Positions 7,472 through 15,523 of a stretch of DNA of 32,000 nt are shown in pieces. The translations under genes were made by a program, and so were the position numbers. The DNA is taken from contig NZ_CP011391.1 in the NCBI RefSeq assembly GCF_001564455.1, positions 900,001 through 932,000 of the forward strand, written 5' to 3'. Each line of letters starts with the position of its first letter. Within the stretch, counting starts at the first letter, position 1. A model generated the notes under the pieces. That model saw only the letters and a program-made list of their open reading frames with translations, had not been told where the DNA came from and did no database searches. This stretch comes from Faecalibaculum rodentium (GTDB lineage: Bacteria > Bacillota_I > Bacilli_A > Erysipelotrichales > Erysipelotrichaceae).

Positions 7472-8134
7472 TTACATAAAATACAGTATGGCAATCAGGA
7501 GGCAGAGACTCGCAAGCACGATGAAGATGTGCCAGGTGAAGTGAAAGAACCGCTTCTGCGGGTTGTTGTAGAAAAACACACCGATGGTATACATCACACC
7601 GCCCAGGACAATGAGCAGCAGGAAGATCCAGCTGGATTCCCGCAACAGCGTGGGCAGAATGGCCAGGGCCAGCCATCCCATGACCATGTAAATGGTCAGG
7701 GACAGGACCTTGAGCCGCCGGCTGGTCAGCGACTTCAGAAGGATCCCCGCCACCACCATGCTCCATTCGATGGCCAGGACCGTCCAGCCGGTCCAGTTGG
7801 GCAGCATCACCAGGCAGATGGGCGTGTAGGTCCCTGCAATCGCCAGCAGGATCATCATGTGGTCCAGGCGGCGGAACACCGACTTGTAGGGTGTGCCGTA
7901 GGGCATGATGTGGTACAGGCAGCTGGTGCCGAACATGAACATCATGGAGATGAAATAAATCGAGATTCCCCAGGCACCGGGCGTGCCCCACATCAGGTAC
8001 GCCCGGATGGCGTAATAGGGAAGGGTGAAGAGCAGGGCAAACATCATCACGCCATGACTGATGGCATTGCCCACTTCTTCGCCGAAGGACAGCCGGAAGG
8101 GCTGATCCATCATCTTGGATTCTTCGTGTTTCAT
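7472..8134 (-). CDS. Hemolysin III / PAQR (TrhA-like) family 7-TM membrane protein
   Basis: EEVGNAISHG, RRLDHMMILLAIAGTYTP and HIFIVLASLCLL motifs with seven hydrophobic segments. Confidence 0.9.
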   Translation of the reverse strand: MKHEESKMMDQPFRLSFGEEVGNAISHGVMMFALLFTLPYYAIRAYLMWGTPGAWGISIYFISMMFMFGTSCLYHIMPYGTPYKSVFRRLDHMMILLAIAGTYTPICLVMLPNWTGWTVLAIEWSMVVAGILLKSLTSRRLKVLSLTIYMVMGWLALAILPTLLRESSWIFLLLIVLGGVMYTIGVFFYNNPQKRFFHFTWHIFIVLASLCLLIAILYFM

Positions 8135-8140
8135 GGGGGG

Positions 8141-8169
8141 AATATATCATTATCTGGTATTGAAAACAA
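8141..8169 (-). promoter_or_regulatory. Candidate extended -10 promoter of hlyIII (possibly a leaderless transcript)
   Basis: On the minus strand: TTGTTT (8169-8164), a 17-nt spacer ending in TGa, then TATATT (8146-8141). The -10 ends 6 nt (CCCCCC) before the ATG, and no SD is present. Confidence 0.4.
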
Positions 8170-8266
8170 GACATCGGCATATTGTGCAACAGATGAATGA
8201 CCGGCATACCGGAAGCCGGTTTCCTTTAAAGGTCCGGGACTTGAGACAGGGAACGCTTCCAGTGTT

Positions 8267-8296
8267 TTGCGGCAACGCTTTTGTCAATGGTATACT
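8267..8296 (+). promoter_or_regulatory. Candidate extended -10 promoter of smc
   Basis: TTGCGG (8267-8272), an 18-nt spacer ending in TGg, then TATACT (8291-8296), 27 nt upstream of the TTG start. Confidence 0.4.
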
Positions 8297-8322
8297 GTTT
8301 TTTTCAGTCAGGAGGTGGGCCA

Positions 8323-11238
8323 TTGTTTCTCAAACGCATTGAGCTGCAGGGCTTCAAGAGTTTTGCGGACAGGACAGTGCTGCAGTTTGACCAGGGAGTG
8401 ACGGGAATCGTCGGTCCCAACGGCTGCGGGAAGTCGAACATCAACGACGCGATCCGCTGGGTGCTGGGGGAACAGAGCACAAAATCCCTTCGCTCCGGGA
8501 CAGCCATGAGCGACATCATTTTTTCCGGAAGCGAAGTCCGAAAGCCGGTGAATCTTGCCAGCGTGTCTCTGGTCTTCGACAACACACAGCGCATTTTTGC
8601 GACCGACTTCGACGAGGTGGAAATCACGCGGGTGATCCGCCGGAACAGGGATGCCCAGTATCTCATCAACCGCACGCCCTGCCGGCTCAAGGATGTCACG
8701 GACCTGGTCATGGACACTGGTCTGGGCCGCGATTCGCTCTCCATCATCACCCAGGGCAACATTTCCTCCTTTGCGGATGCAAAACCGGAGGATCGCCGGA
8801 GTCTCTTTGAGGAAGCAGCCGGGGTCGCAAAATACAAAAAACGGAAAAAGACATCGCTGGCGAAGCTGGAAGCCACGCAGGCCAATCTGGAGCGTCTGCA
8901 GGACATTCTGGATGAGCTGGAACGCCAGCTGGGACCATTGGAGAAACAGGCAGAGAAGGCGCGCCGCTACATCTCGCTTCGGGATGAACTGTCCTCCATT
9001 GAGATTACGGTGCTGGCAGACGAGATCGGGTCTCTTAAGGAGCAGGTCAGCCAGCTGGAGCAGGACATTGACCACAGCCGGATCCAGGAAGGGCGCATGT
9101 CTGAAGACATTCAGCGAAAGGAAGCCAGTGTGGCGGATCTTCGCAGGGAAACAACAGAACTGGATTCCCGGATCCTGGAACTGCAGAAGCAGTATGCAGC
9201 AAACCTGCAGGAGCGCGTGAGTCTGGAAAAGCGGAAGACGCAGCTGGACGAACAGCGCCGGCGGCTGCTGGAAAGCGGATCGGATGAAGACCGCCGGAGT
9301 CAGCTGCAGGCCCTTGCGTCAGAAGCCCGTCTGGAATACGAAGACAGGCTGGACCGTCTGAACAGCCTGGAACAGACCCGGCAGGAAACGGAGAAGAACC
9401 TGGCGGATCTGCGGCAGAAGCAGGAGGTCCTGCAAAAGGAACGAAGCACCGCATCCAACCGCCTGCAGGATCTGCAGCGGCGGCAGGATACAGTCACGGC
9501 CATGCTCCGGCAGCCTTACACGCACCAGCAGGGGGTCAATGCGGTGATGAAAGCCCGGCAGTCTCTGCAGGGGATCGAAGGAACCGCTGCGGCCCTCCTG
9601 CAGCCAAAGGAAGGCATGGGTTCCGCTGTGAACGCGGCTCTGGGCGGTGCGGTGTTCAACATCATCACCACGGATGAGCAGTGTGCCAGGGGCGCCATCC
9701 GGTTTTTGAAGCGGAACCGCTCGGGACGGGCGACATTTCTGCCCATGAGCGTATGCCGGCCGCGGTTTCCCAAAAAGGACCAGGAAACGATTGCACAGGC
9801 AGCACCCGGTGCTGTTGGCTGGGCGGCGGATCTGGTGGACTGCAAAGACAGATACCGCAATGTCAGAGACCGTCTGCTGGGGAACATTTTCGTCTGTGAC
9901 ACCCTGGAGCATGCCAATGAAACAGCCCGCCGGCTGAAATACGGTATCAAGATCGTGACTCTGGACGGGGACATCGTCCACACAGGCGGCTCCATGACCG
10001 GCGGCAGCCAGAAACAGGGAAGCAGCCTGCTGACACTGCAGGATGAACAGCGTCAGCTGGAAAAACGGGCGGCAGATGCCCAGACAGCGGTTCAGGAACT
10101 GTCCAGGTCCCTGGCACCGCTGGAGAGTCAGGTACAGCAGGTGCAGGAAGAGCTGGTGCAGCTGCAGGTGGAACGTGCCAAGCTGGAAAACATCGCTGCA
10201 CTGAAGAAGGAAAAGTACGAAAGCCTCAAAAGCCGGCTGGCGGCAGCGGGAGAAGAAGAGGACCGGCAGGCGGTGCAGGATTCCCTGGCAGCCGAACTGT
10301 CCCGGATGCACCGCACTATCGACGGGCAGGAATCACAGATGAATGCCCTTCAGCAGCATCGGCGGGAAACCGGGGAGTCTCTGACCGGGCTGGAAGAGGA
10401 GATCCGGATCTTGCGCAGGGATCTTTCGGCTTTGCAGAACGAAAGCCGGAAGGGGGAAGTGGCAGCTGCGGGACTGAAATCCCGCATGGAGAGTCTTCTG
10501 ATGCGCCTGAACACGGATTACACCATGACCTATGAATTTGCCCTGACGCAGAAACGGGACGTGGACCTGGAACAGGCACGCATCCGGGTGCGCGAGCTGC
10601 GGGAGGAGATCCGCGAAATCGGGTCGGTCAACCTCGACGCACCGGAGGAATATGATGCCCTGCATGAACGGTATGCGGATCTGAAGAAGCAGAAAGAGGA
10701 TCTGGAGGAAGCCGGGACCCGGATCCTCAGCGCCATCAGCGAGATGGATGAGACGATGACGACGCAGTTTGACGAGATGTTTCACAAAATCGACCACGAG
10801 CTCGACGGGGTGTTTTCCGCCATGTTCGGGGGAGGTCATGCCAGACTGATCCTGACGGATCCGGAGGATCTGCTGACCTCCGGCGTGGATATCGATGTGC
10901 AGCCTCCCGGCAAGCGGGTCAAGAACATTCAGACGTTCTCCGGCGGGGAAAAGGCGCTGATTGCGATTTCCGTCCTGTTTGCGATCCTGAAGGCCCGGAC
11001 CATGCCGCTTTGCATCTTTGATGAGGTGGAAGCAGCCCTGGACCAGGCCAATGTGGAGCGCTTCGCAAGATATCTGTCGAAGTTCAAGGAGGACTCTCAG
11101 TTCATTGTGGTCACGCACCGGCCCGGGACGATGGAACAGTGTGATGATCTGTATGGCGTGACAATGCAGAAAGACGGTGTTTCGACGATTCTCAAGGTAA
11201 GGCTGGAAGATGCCAGGGAAATGGCAGCCAGCGCCTGA
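8323..11238 (+). CDS. smc: Chromosome partition protein SMC (short-arm form, 971 aa from the TTG start)
   Basis: N-terminal FLKRIELQGFKSF plus Walker A GPNGCGKSN, a hinge (GIEGTAAALL...RATFLPMS), signature FSGGEKAL and Walker B LCIFDEVEAALD. GGAGGTG SD (8311-8317) 5 nt before TTG 8323. The track ORF start at 8281 is an upstream extension. Confidence 0.95.
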   Translation: MFLKRIELQGFKSFADRTVLQFDQGVTGIVGPNGCGKSNINDAIRWVLGEQSTKSLRSGTAMSDIIFSGSEVRKPVNLASVSLVFDNTQRIFATDFDEVEITRVIRRNRDAQYLINRTPCRLKDVTDLVMDTGLGRDSLSIITQGNISSFADAKPEDRRSLFEEAAGVAKYKKRKKTSLAKLEATQANLERLQDILDELERQLGPLEKQAEKARRYISLRDELSSIEITVLADEIGSLKEQVSQLEQDIDHSRIQEGRMSEDIQRKEASVADLRRETTELDSRILELQKQYAANLQERVSLEKRKTQLDEQRRRLLESGSDEDRRSQLQALASEARLEYEDRLDRLNSLEQTRQETEKNLADLRQKQEVLQKERSTASNRLQDLQRRQDTVTAMLRQPYTHQQGVNAVMKARQSLQGIEGTAAALLQPKEGMGSAVNAALGGAVFNIITTDEQCARGAIRFLKRNRSGRATFLPMSVCRPRFPKKDQETIAQAAPGAVGWAADLVDCKDRYRNVRDRLLGNIFVCDTLEHANETARRLKYGIKIVTLDGDIVHTGGSMTGGSQKQGSSLLTLQDEQRQLEKRAADAQTAVQELSRSLAPLESQVQQVQEELVQLQVERAKLENIAALKKEKYESLKSRLAAAGEEEDRQAVQDSLAAELSRMHRTIDGQESQMNALQQHRRETGESLTGLEEEIRILRRDLSALQNESRKGEVAAAGLKSRMESLLMRLNTDYTMTYEFALTQKRDVDLEQARIRVRELREEIREIGSVNLDAPEEYDALHERYADLKKQKEDLEEAGTRILSAISEMDETMTTQFDEMFHKIDHELDGVFSAMFGGGHARLILTDPEDLLTSGVDIDVQPPGKRVKNIQTFSGGEKALIAISVLFAILKARTMPLCIFDEVEAALDQANVERFARYLSKFKEDSQFIVVTHRPGTMEQCDDLYGVTMQKDGVSTILKVRLEDAREMAASA

Positions 11239-11412
11239 GAACCGGTGATTGTCCTGCGAAGGACAACCGTTCATAATAAAGACATGTGGCAGGACACAGA
11301 GGGCGGCTGCCTGTTCCCGGTTCACGGGACAGGGATGGCGTCCGGAATGCTTCTGCCAGTGACGGCCAGGCTGTCGATGCAGTCGTCAGCCTGGCCGGAG
11401 AGGAGAGACAGA

Positions 11413-12390
11413 ATGGGCTTTTTTTCAAAGCTGAAGGAGAAATTTTCCCGGAGCGAAGACAAAGACAAATATCTCAGCGGCCTGACACCTTCCCGGAAGA
11501 CCTTCGGAGACCGAATCCGCGCCCTGAGCAACAATTACCACGGGATCGATGACGAGCTTCTCGAAGAGCTGATGGTGATCCTGCTGGAAAGCGATGTGGG
11601 GATCCATGCAGCGCAGAAAATCGTGGACCGGTTCGAAGAGAATGCGTCCCGGATCAGTGACTATGGATCCATGGAGGAGTACTTCATCCAGATCCTGCGG
11701 GAGTTCTATGATGAAAGCATTGTGCTTCCCCTGAATATGGAACAGGATGTGCCGGTGGTGATTCTGATGGTGGGTGTCAACGGATCCGGAAAAACCACCA
11801 CGACGGCGAAGCTGGTCAAGTACTACAAGGACCAGGGCAAGAAAGTCTGCGTGGCTGCTGCCGATACCTTCCGGGCAGGGGCCGTGGATCAGATCGAGAC
11901 CTGGGCTGAACGCCTGGGAGTGGAATGCATCAAGGGCAGGCCGAATCAGGACCCCTCCAGCGTCCTGGTTGACGCCTGCCGGCGCGCAAAGGAAACCGGA
12001 GCGGACATGCTCATCGCCGACACGGCCGGCCGTCTGCAGAACAAGCAGAACCTGATGAACGAGCTGACCAAGATGCACCGGGTATGCGAGCGGGAGATCG
12101 AGGGAGCACCTCACGAAACCTGGCTGGTGCTGGATGCAACCACCGGTCAGAACGGCATCCTGCAGGCCCATCAGTTCACCGAAGCCACGAATGTGACTGG
12201 CATCATCCTGACCAAGATGGACGGCACCGCAAAAGGCGGTGTGGTGATGGCCATCCGCGACGGTCTGGAGCTGCCCGTCCGCTTCCTGGGGCTGGGAGAA
12301 AAGCCGGAGGATCTGCGGCCGTTTGACCTGGATCTGTATCTGTACGGCATTACGAAGGGGCTGGAAGATGACACGGATCGAAGCGAATGA
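11413..12390 (+). CDS. ftsY: Signal recognition particle receptor FtsY
   Basis: MGFFSKLKEKF N-terminus typical of Firmicute FtsY. GTPase motifs GVNGSGKTTT, DTAGRLQN and TKMDGTAKGG. GGAGAGGAGA SD upstream of ATG 11413. The stretch 11245-11412 looks non-coding. Confidence 0.93.
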   Translation: MGFFSKLKEKFSRSEDKDKYLSGLTPSRKTFGDRIRALSNNYHGIDDELLEELMVILLESDVGIHAAQKIVDRFEENASRISDYGSMEEYFIQILREFYDESIVLPLNMEQDVPVVILMVGVNGSGKTTTTAKLVKYYKDQGKKVCVAAADTFRAGAVDQIETWAERLGVECIKGRPNQDPSSVLVDACRRAKETGADMLIADTAGRLQNKQNLMNELTKMHRVCEREIEGAPHETWLVLDATTGQNGILQAHQFTEATNVTGIILTKMDGTAKGGVVMAIRDGLELPVRFLGLGEKPEDLRPFDLDLYLYGITKGLEDDTDRSE

Positions 12391-12685
12391 TCTCTTCGAC
12401 ATCTACGGACCGCTGCTGACAGAACGACAGCGGGAGATCCTGACCCTGTCGATACAGGAGGACCTGAGTTTCGGGGAAATTGCTTGGGAACTGGGCATTT
12501 CCCGGGCTGCGGCAGCGGATGCCGTCAAACGCGGCGAAACACTGCTGTCCCAGTACGAAAAGCAGCTGGGCATAGCCGGTATACGCCGGAAGGTCCTGGA
12601 GCTGCTGGACGGACAGCCTGTTCTGCAGGAACAGGTCCGGCAGCTGTATGCATCTGCCGGACTGCCTTCTGCCGGGACCGAATAA
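12368..12685 (+). CDS. ylxM: YlxM/p13-like putative DNA-binding protein (UPF0122, sigma-70 region-4-like HTH)
   Basis: LFDIYGPLLTERQREILTLSIQEDLSFGEIAWELGISRAAAADAVKRGETLLSQYEKQL aligns closely with my memory of B. subtilis YlxM. ATG 12368 overlaps the ftsY 3' end by 23 nt. Confidence 0.85.
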   Translation: MTRIEANDLFDIYGPLLTERQREILTLSIQEDLSFGEIAWELGISRAAAADAVKRGETLLSQYEKQLGIAGIRRKVLELLDGQPVLQEQVRQLYASAGLPSAGTE

Positions 12686-12692
12686 CCACCAT

Positions 12693-12727
12693 CCGCCGGC
12701 TGTGCGCAGGATCCCGGCGGTTTTTTC
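12693..12727 (+). terminator. Rho-independent terminator after ylxM
   Basis: CCGCCGG (12693-12699) / CCGGCGG (12714-12720) stem followed by TTTTTT (12721-12726). Confidence 0.75.
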
Positions 12728-12850
12728 TGTATGGCTGTCCCGAAACAGGCGGAAATCAAAAAAAGAAAGCGCGAAACATGAGTGGCCTGTGTCATGCAGG
12801 CTGATTCGGCGTATAATCAAATAGATTTGAAAAAACAAGGAGGAAACTCT

Positions 12851-14044
12851 ATGAGTATCGTCATGAGTGTCAACGCGGGAAGCTCTTCCCTGAAATTTCA
12901 GGTATTTTCCATGCCTGAAGAGAAAGTTCTGGCCAAGGGCCTGGTGGAGCGGATCGGGCTCCCGGATTCCATTTTCTCCATTACGGTGGATGGAAAGAAA
13001 ACGGAAACTGTCTGTGACATTCCCAACCACAAAGTGGCTGTGGATATGCTGATCAAAGCCCTGATCGACAAGGGTGTCGTGAAAGACCTCAATGAGATCG
13101 AAGCCGTCGGCCACCGCATGGTACACGGCGGCGAGTATTACAGTGATTCCGTCAAGGCCAGTCCGGAGGCCGAAGCCAACTTTGAGAAATGCATTCCGCT
13201 GGCACCACTGCACAACCCGGCAGGTCTGGTGGGGTACCGGAGCTTCAGGGAGGCACTGCCCAGAGCAAGCCACACATTTGTGTTTGACACCGCCTTCCAT
13301 CAGACGATGCCGGAGGAAAACTACATTTATCCGATTCCGTACGAATATTATGAAAAGGACCATATCCGCCGATACGGTATGCACGGCACGAGTCACAAGT
13401 ACCTGACAGAGCGGCTGGCCGAGATCCTGGACAAGCCGGTGGAAGACATGAACATCATCACCTGTCACCTGGGCAACGGCGGATCCATCACGGCTGTCAA
13501 GAACGGCAAATCCTTCAAGACATCCATGGGCTTCACCCCGCTGTCCGGCGTCATGATGGGCACCCGCTCGGGAGACATTGACCCGGCGATCCTGATTTAC
13601 CTCCAGAAGCAGTATGGCTACACGGCGCAGGAACTGGATGACATTCTGAACAAGAAGTCCGGTATGCTGGGTGTTTCGGGCATCTCCTCTGATTCCCGGG
13701 ATATTGAAAATGCCGCAGAGGAAGGCAACGAACGGGCGATCCTGACGCAGAAGATTTACGCTGACCGGATCATTGAGACAGTTGCCGGGTATTACGGCCT
13801 GATGGGCGGAGCGGATGCCATTGTCTTTGCGGGTGGCATCGGCGAAAATGCAGCGCACATCCGCCAGATGGTCTGCGACGGTCTGGAAGCCATTGGCGTG
13901 AAGCTGGATCCGGAGAAGAACAACATCCGCGGCAAGGAAATGCTGCTGTCTCCGGAAGATGCGAAAACGAAAGTATGGCTGATTCCGACCAACGAAGAAG
14001 TCATGCTGGCCAGGGATGCCTACAAGGACCTGCTGAATGCTTGA
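12851..14044 (+). CDS. ackA: Acetate kinase
   Basis: SVNAGSSSLKFQVF, HRMVHGG, FDTAFHQTMP, YGMHGTSH, CHLGNGGSI and PTNEEVMLA motifs. AAGGAGGAA SD 5 nt before ATG 12851. A TATAAT box lies at 12812-12817. Confidence 0.96.
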   Translation: MSIVMSVNAGSSSLKFQVFSMPEEKVLAKGLVERIGLPDSIFSITVDGKKTETVCDIPNHKVAVDMLIKALIDKGVVKDLNEIEAVGHRMVHGGEYYSDSVKASPEAEANFEKCIPLAPLHNPAGLVGYRSFREALPRASHTFVFDTAFHQTMPEENYIYPIPYEYYEKDHIRRYGMHGTSHKYLTERLAEILDKPVEDMNIITCHLGNGGSITAVKNGKSFKTSMGFTPLSGVMMGTRSGDIDPAILIYLQKQYGYTAQELDDILNKKSGMLGVSGISSDSRDIENAAEEGNERAILTQKIYADRIIETVAGYYGLMGGADAIVFAGGIGENAAHIRQMVCDGLEAIGVKLDPEKNNIRGKEMLLSPEDAKTKVWLIPTNEEVMLARDAYKDLLNA

Positions 14045-14975
14045 GAAAATCTGGGAAAAGATCCAGGCAGCTCCGGTGATCACGCTGTTTCGGCACGTGA
14101 ATCCCGACCCGGATGCTCTGGGATCCCAGCGGGGTCTGAAGCGGGCCCTGGAACACATCTTTCCGGACAAACAGGTCTATGCCCTGGGTGAAATGAGCAA
14201 AGACGGGTTTGAGATGGATCAGGTGTCGCCGGATGCTGTGAAGCAGTCTCTGGCGATCCTGCTGGACACCAGCAACCGGGACCGGATCGACGGCAAAGAC
14301 CTGTATGAACTGGCCGCAGACACCATCCGTCTGGATCACCATGTAAAGGTGGAGGATCTGGCCACCCTGGATTATGTGGATGAAGCTGCCAGTGCAACGG
14401 GTGAGATCGTGGCACAGCTGCTGCAGGTCAATGGCCAGCACCCGGGTTCGGCAGCCGCCCAGGACCTGTACCGGGCACTGACCGCCGACAGCCAGCGGTT
14501 TACGACCGGCAACACCCGCCCGGAGAGCCTTATGGCCGGTGCCTGGCTGCTGCAGGAAGGGGCCGATGTCGTGGCCGATCTTCTGGCTTCCAGCCGGACG
14601 TCCATGCAGGCGTGGAGATACCAGAACTGCATCCGGTCAACGGCTGTACAGATGCAGAAGTTTCTGTTTTCGGTCATGGAGCCGCAGGATTACCTGCAGT
14701 ATGGACTCGCCGAAACAGATGCCCGGGAAAATGTATTCGTGCTTTCCGGCTGTGCCGAGGTTCAGATCTGGGCGCTGTTCACCCGCTGTGCAGATGGTAC
14801 CTTTGCTGCCAGTCTCCGGTCCAGACAGCTGGAGGTCCGGGACATTGCCGAATCCTTCGGTGGCGGCGGGCACATCTGTGCGGCAGGCATCAAGGGCCTG
14901 TCCAGCGTGAAGCTGACGGACCTCATCACACAGCTGGCTGCACGCAGTCTGGAAGAACCGGTTTCGCAGGTCTGA
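14037..14975 (+). CDS. nrnA: DHH/DHHA1-family phosphoesterase, NrnA-like (oligoribonuclease / pAp phosphatase)
   Basis: DHH motifs RHVNPDPDALGS, LLDTSN and RLDHH, plus the DHHA1 motif GGGGHICAAG. The start overlaps the ackA stop by 8 nt. Confidence 0.78.
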   Translation: MLEKIWEKIQAAPVITLFRHVNPDPDALGSQRGLKRALEHIFPDKQVYALGEMSKDGFEMDQVSPDAVKQSLAILLDTSNRDRIDGKDLYELAADTIRLDHHVKVEDLATLDYVDEAASATGEIVAQLLQVNGQHPGSAAAQDLYRALTADSQRFTTGNTRPESLMAGAWLLQEGADVVADLLASSRTSMQAWRYQNCIRSTAVQMQKFLFSVMEPQDYLQYGLAETDARENVFVLSGCAEVQIWALFTRCADGTFAASLRSRQLEVRDIAESFGGGGHICAAGIKGLSSVKLTDLITQLAARSLEEPVSQV

Positions 14976-14999
14976 ATCCTGCGGTCTGATGAATCAAAA

Positions 15000-15063
15000 G
15001 CCCTGACGGTCAGGCAGAGTGAGGCACAGACAGCCTCACCTGCCGCACCCGGCAGGGCTTTTT
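15000..15063 (+). terminator. Compound hairpin terminator after nrnA
   Basis: Outer stem GCCCTG (15000-15005) / CAGGGC (15053-15058) abuts TTTTT (15059-15063). Inner hairpins are GTGAGGC/GCCTCAC (15019-15039) and CCTGCC/GGCAGG (15039-15056). Confidence 0.65.
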
Positions 15064-15208
15064 CCGCTGGTCTGGAGCTGAATCTGCTGATTGCGATACC
15101 CGACGGGCAGAGCAAAGCATAGGAGGAAGGTATGCTTTTTGCGGTTATCTGAGGCTAATTGTATTTCTGTCAGGCGTACAATTAAGGCATCGAAAGAAGG
15201 TATGGCGT

Positions 15209-15502
15209 ATGGACAATACTTATAAAACCTATGATACGGACAAGCTGGTGGAACAGGCACAGCGGGCCGGAACGCCGATCGTGGATGTCCGTCCGAAGGA
15301 AATGTATGCGGAAGGCCACATCCCCGGTGCAGTGAACATCCCGCTGGCAGACATGGAAACCGCGGATGTGAAACCCGGCAGTGTCCTCTACTGCATGACC
15401 GGCTACCACGCCGGCCTGGCAGAGGAAGTCCTGCACAAGCGGGGCATCAGGGCCACAGACATCGGCGGCATGGATTTCTACCATGGTCCGGTGGAAAAGT
15501 AA
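15209..15502 (+). CDS. Single-domain rhodanese-like sulfurtransferase
   Basis: 97 aa with EGHIPGAVNIP and the catalytic loop YCMTGYHAG, where Cys62 opens a 6-residue C-x4-H loop (His where Arg is usual). Confidence 0.8.
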   Translation: MDNTYKTYDTDKLVEQAQRAGTPIVDVRPKEMYAEGHIPGAVNIPLADMETADVKPGSVLYCMTGYHAGLAEEVLHKRGIRATDIGGMDFYHGPVEK

Positions 15503-15523
15503 CGGAAAGAAGGCCTACAGATA

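Noticed and set aside
7472-8134. The 'hemolysin III' gene as a candidate toxin or virulence factor.
   Set aside because: The name is historical. The sequence is a standard 7-TM PAQR/TrhA-type membrane protein of the kind found in most Firmicute core genomes, and there is no secretion or toxin context.
11245-11412. An N-terminal extension of the ftsY ORF (381 aa in the track).
   Set aside because: The extension has no SD and is hairpin-rich, and FtsY homologues begin M-x-FF-x-KLK, as at ATG 11413, which has a GGAGAGGAGA SD. I trimmed smc (8281 to 8323), dnaE (17993 to 18089), obg (22818 to 22872), xth (29128 to 29257), marR (18043 to 17875) and ackA (12782 to 12851) for the same reason.
12764-12778. 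A cre-like (CcpA) site, AGAAAGCGCGAAACA, upstream of ackA.
   Set aside because: Only the left half fits TGWAANCGNTNWCA, and the right half is off by a register shift with several mismatches. The match is too weak to call without a scoring matrix.
12350-14170. A 606-aa ORF on the minus strand opposite ylxM and ackA.
   Set aside because: It is antisense to acetate kinase, whose motifs are all intact on the plus strand. It has no SD and no recognisable domain. It is a shadow ORF.
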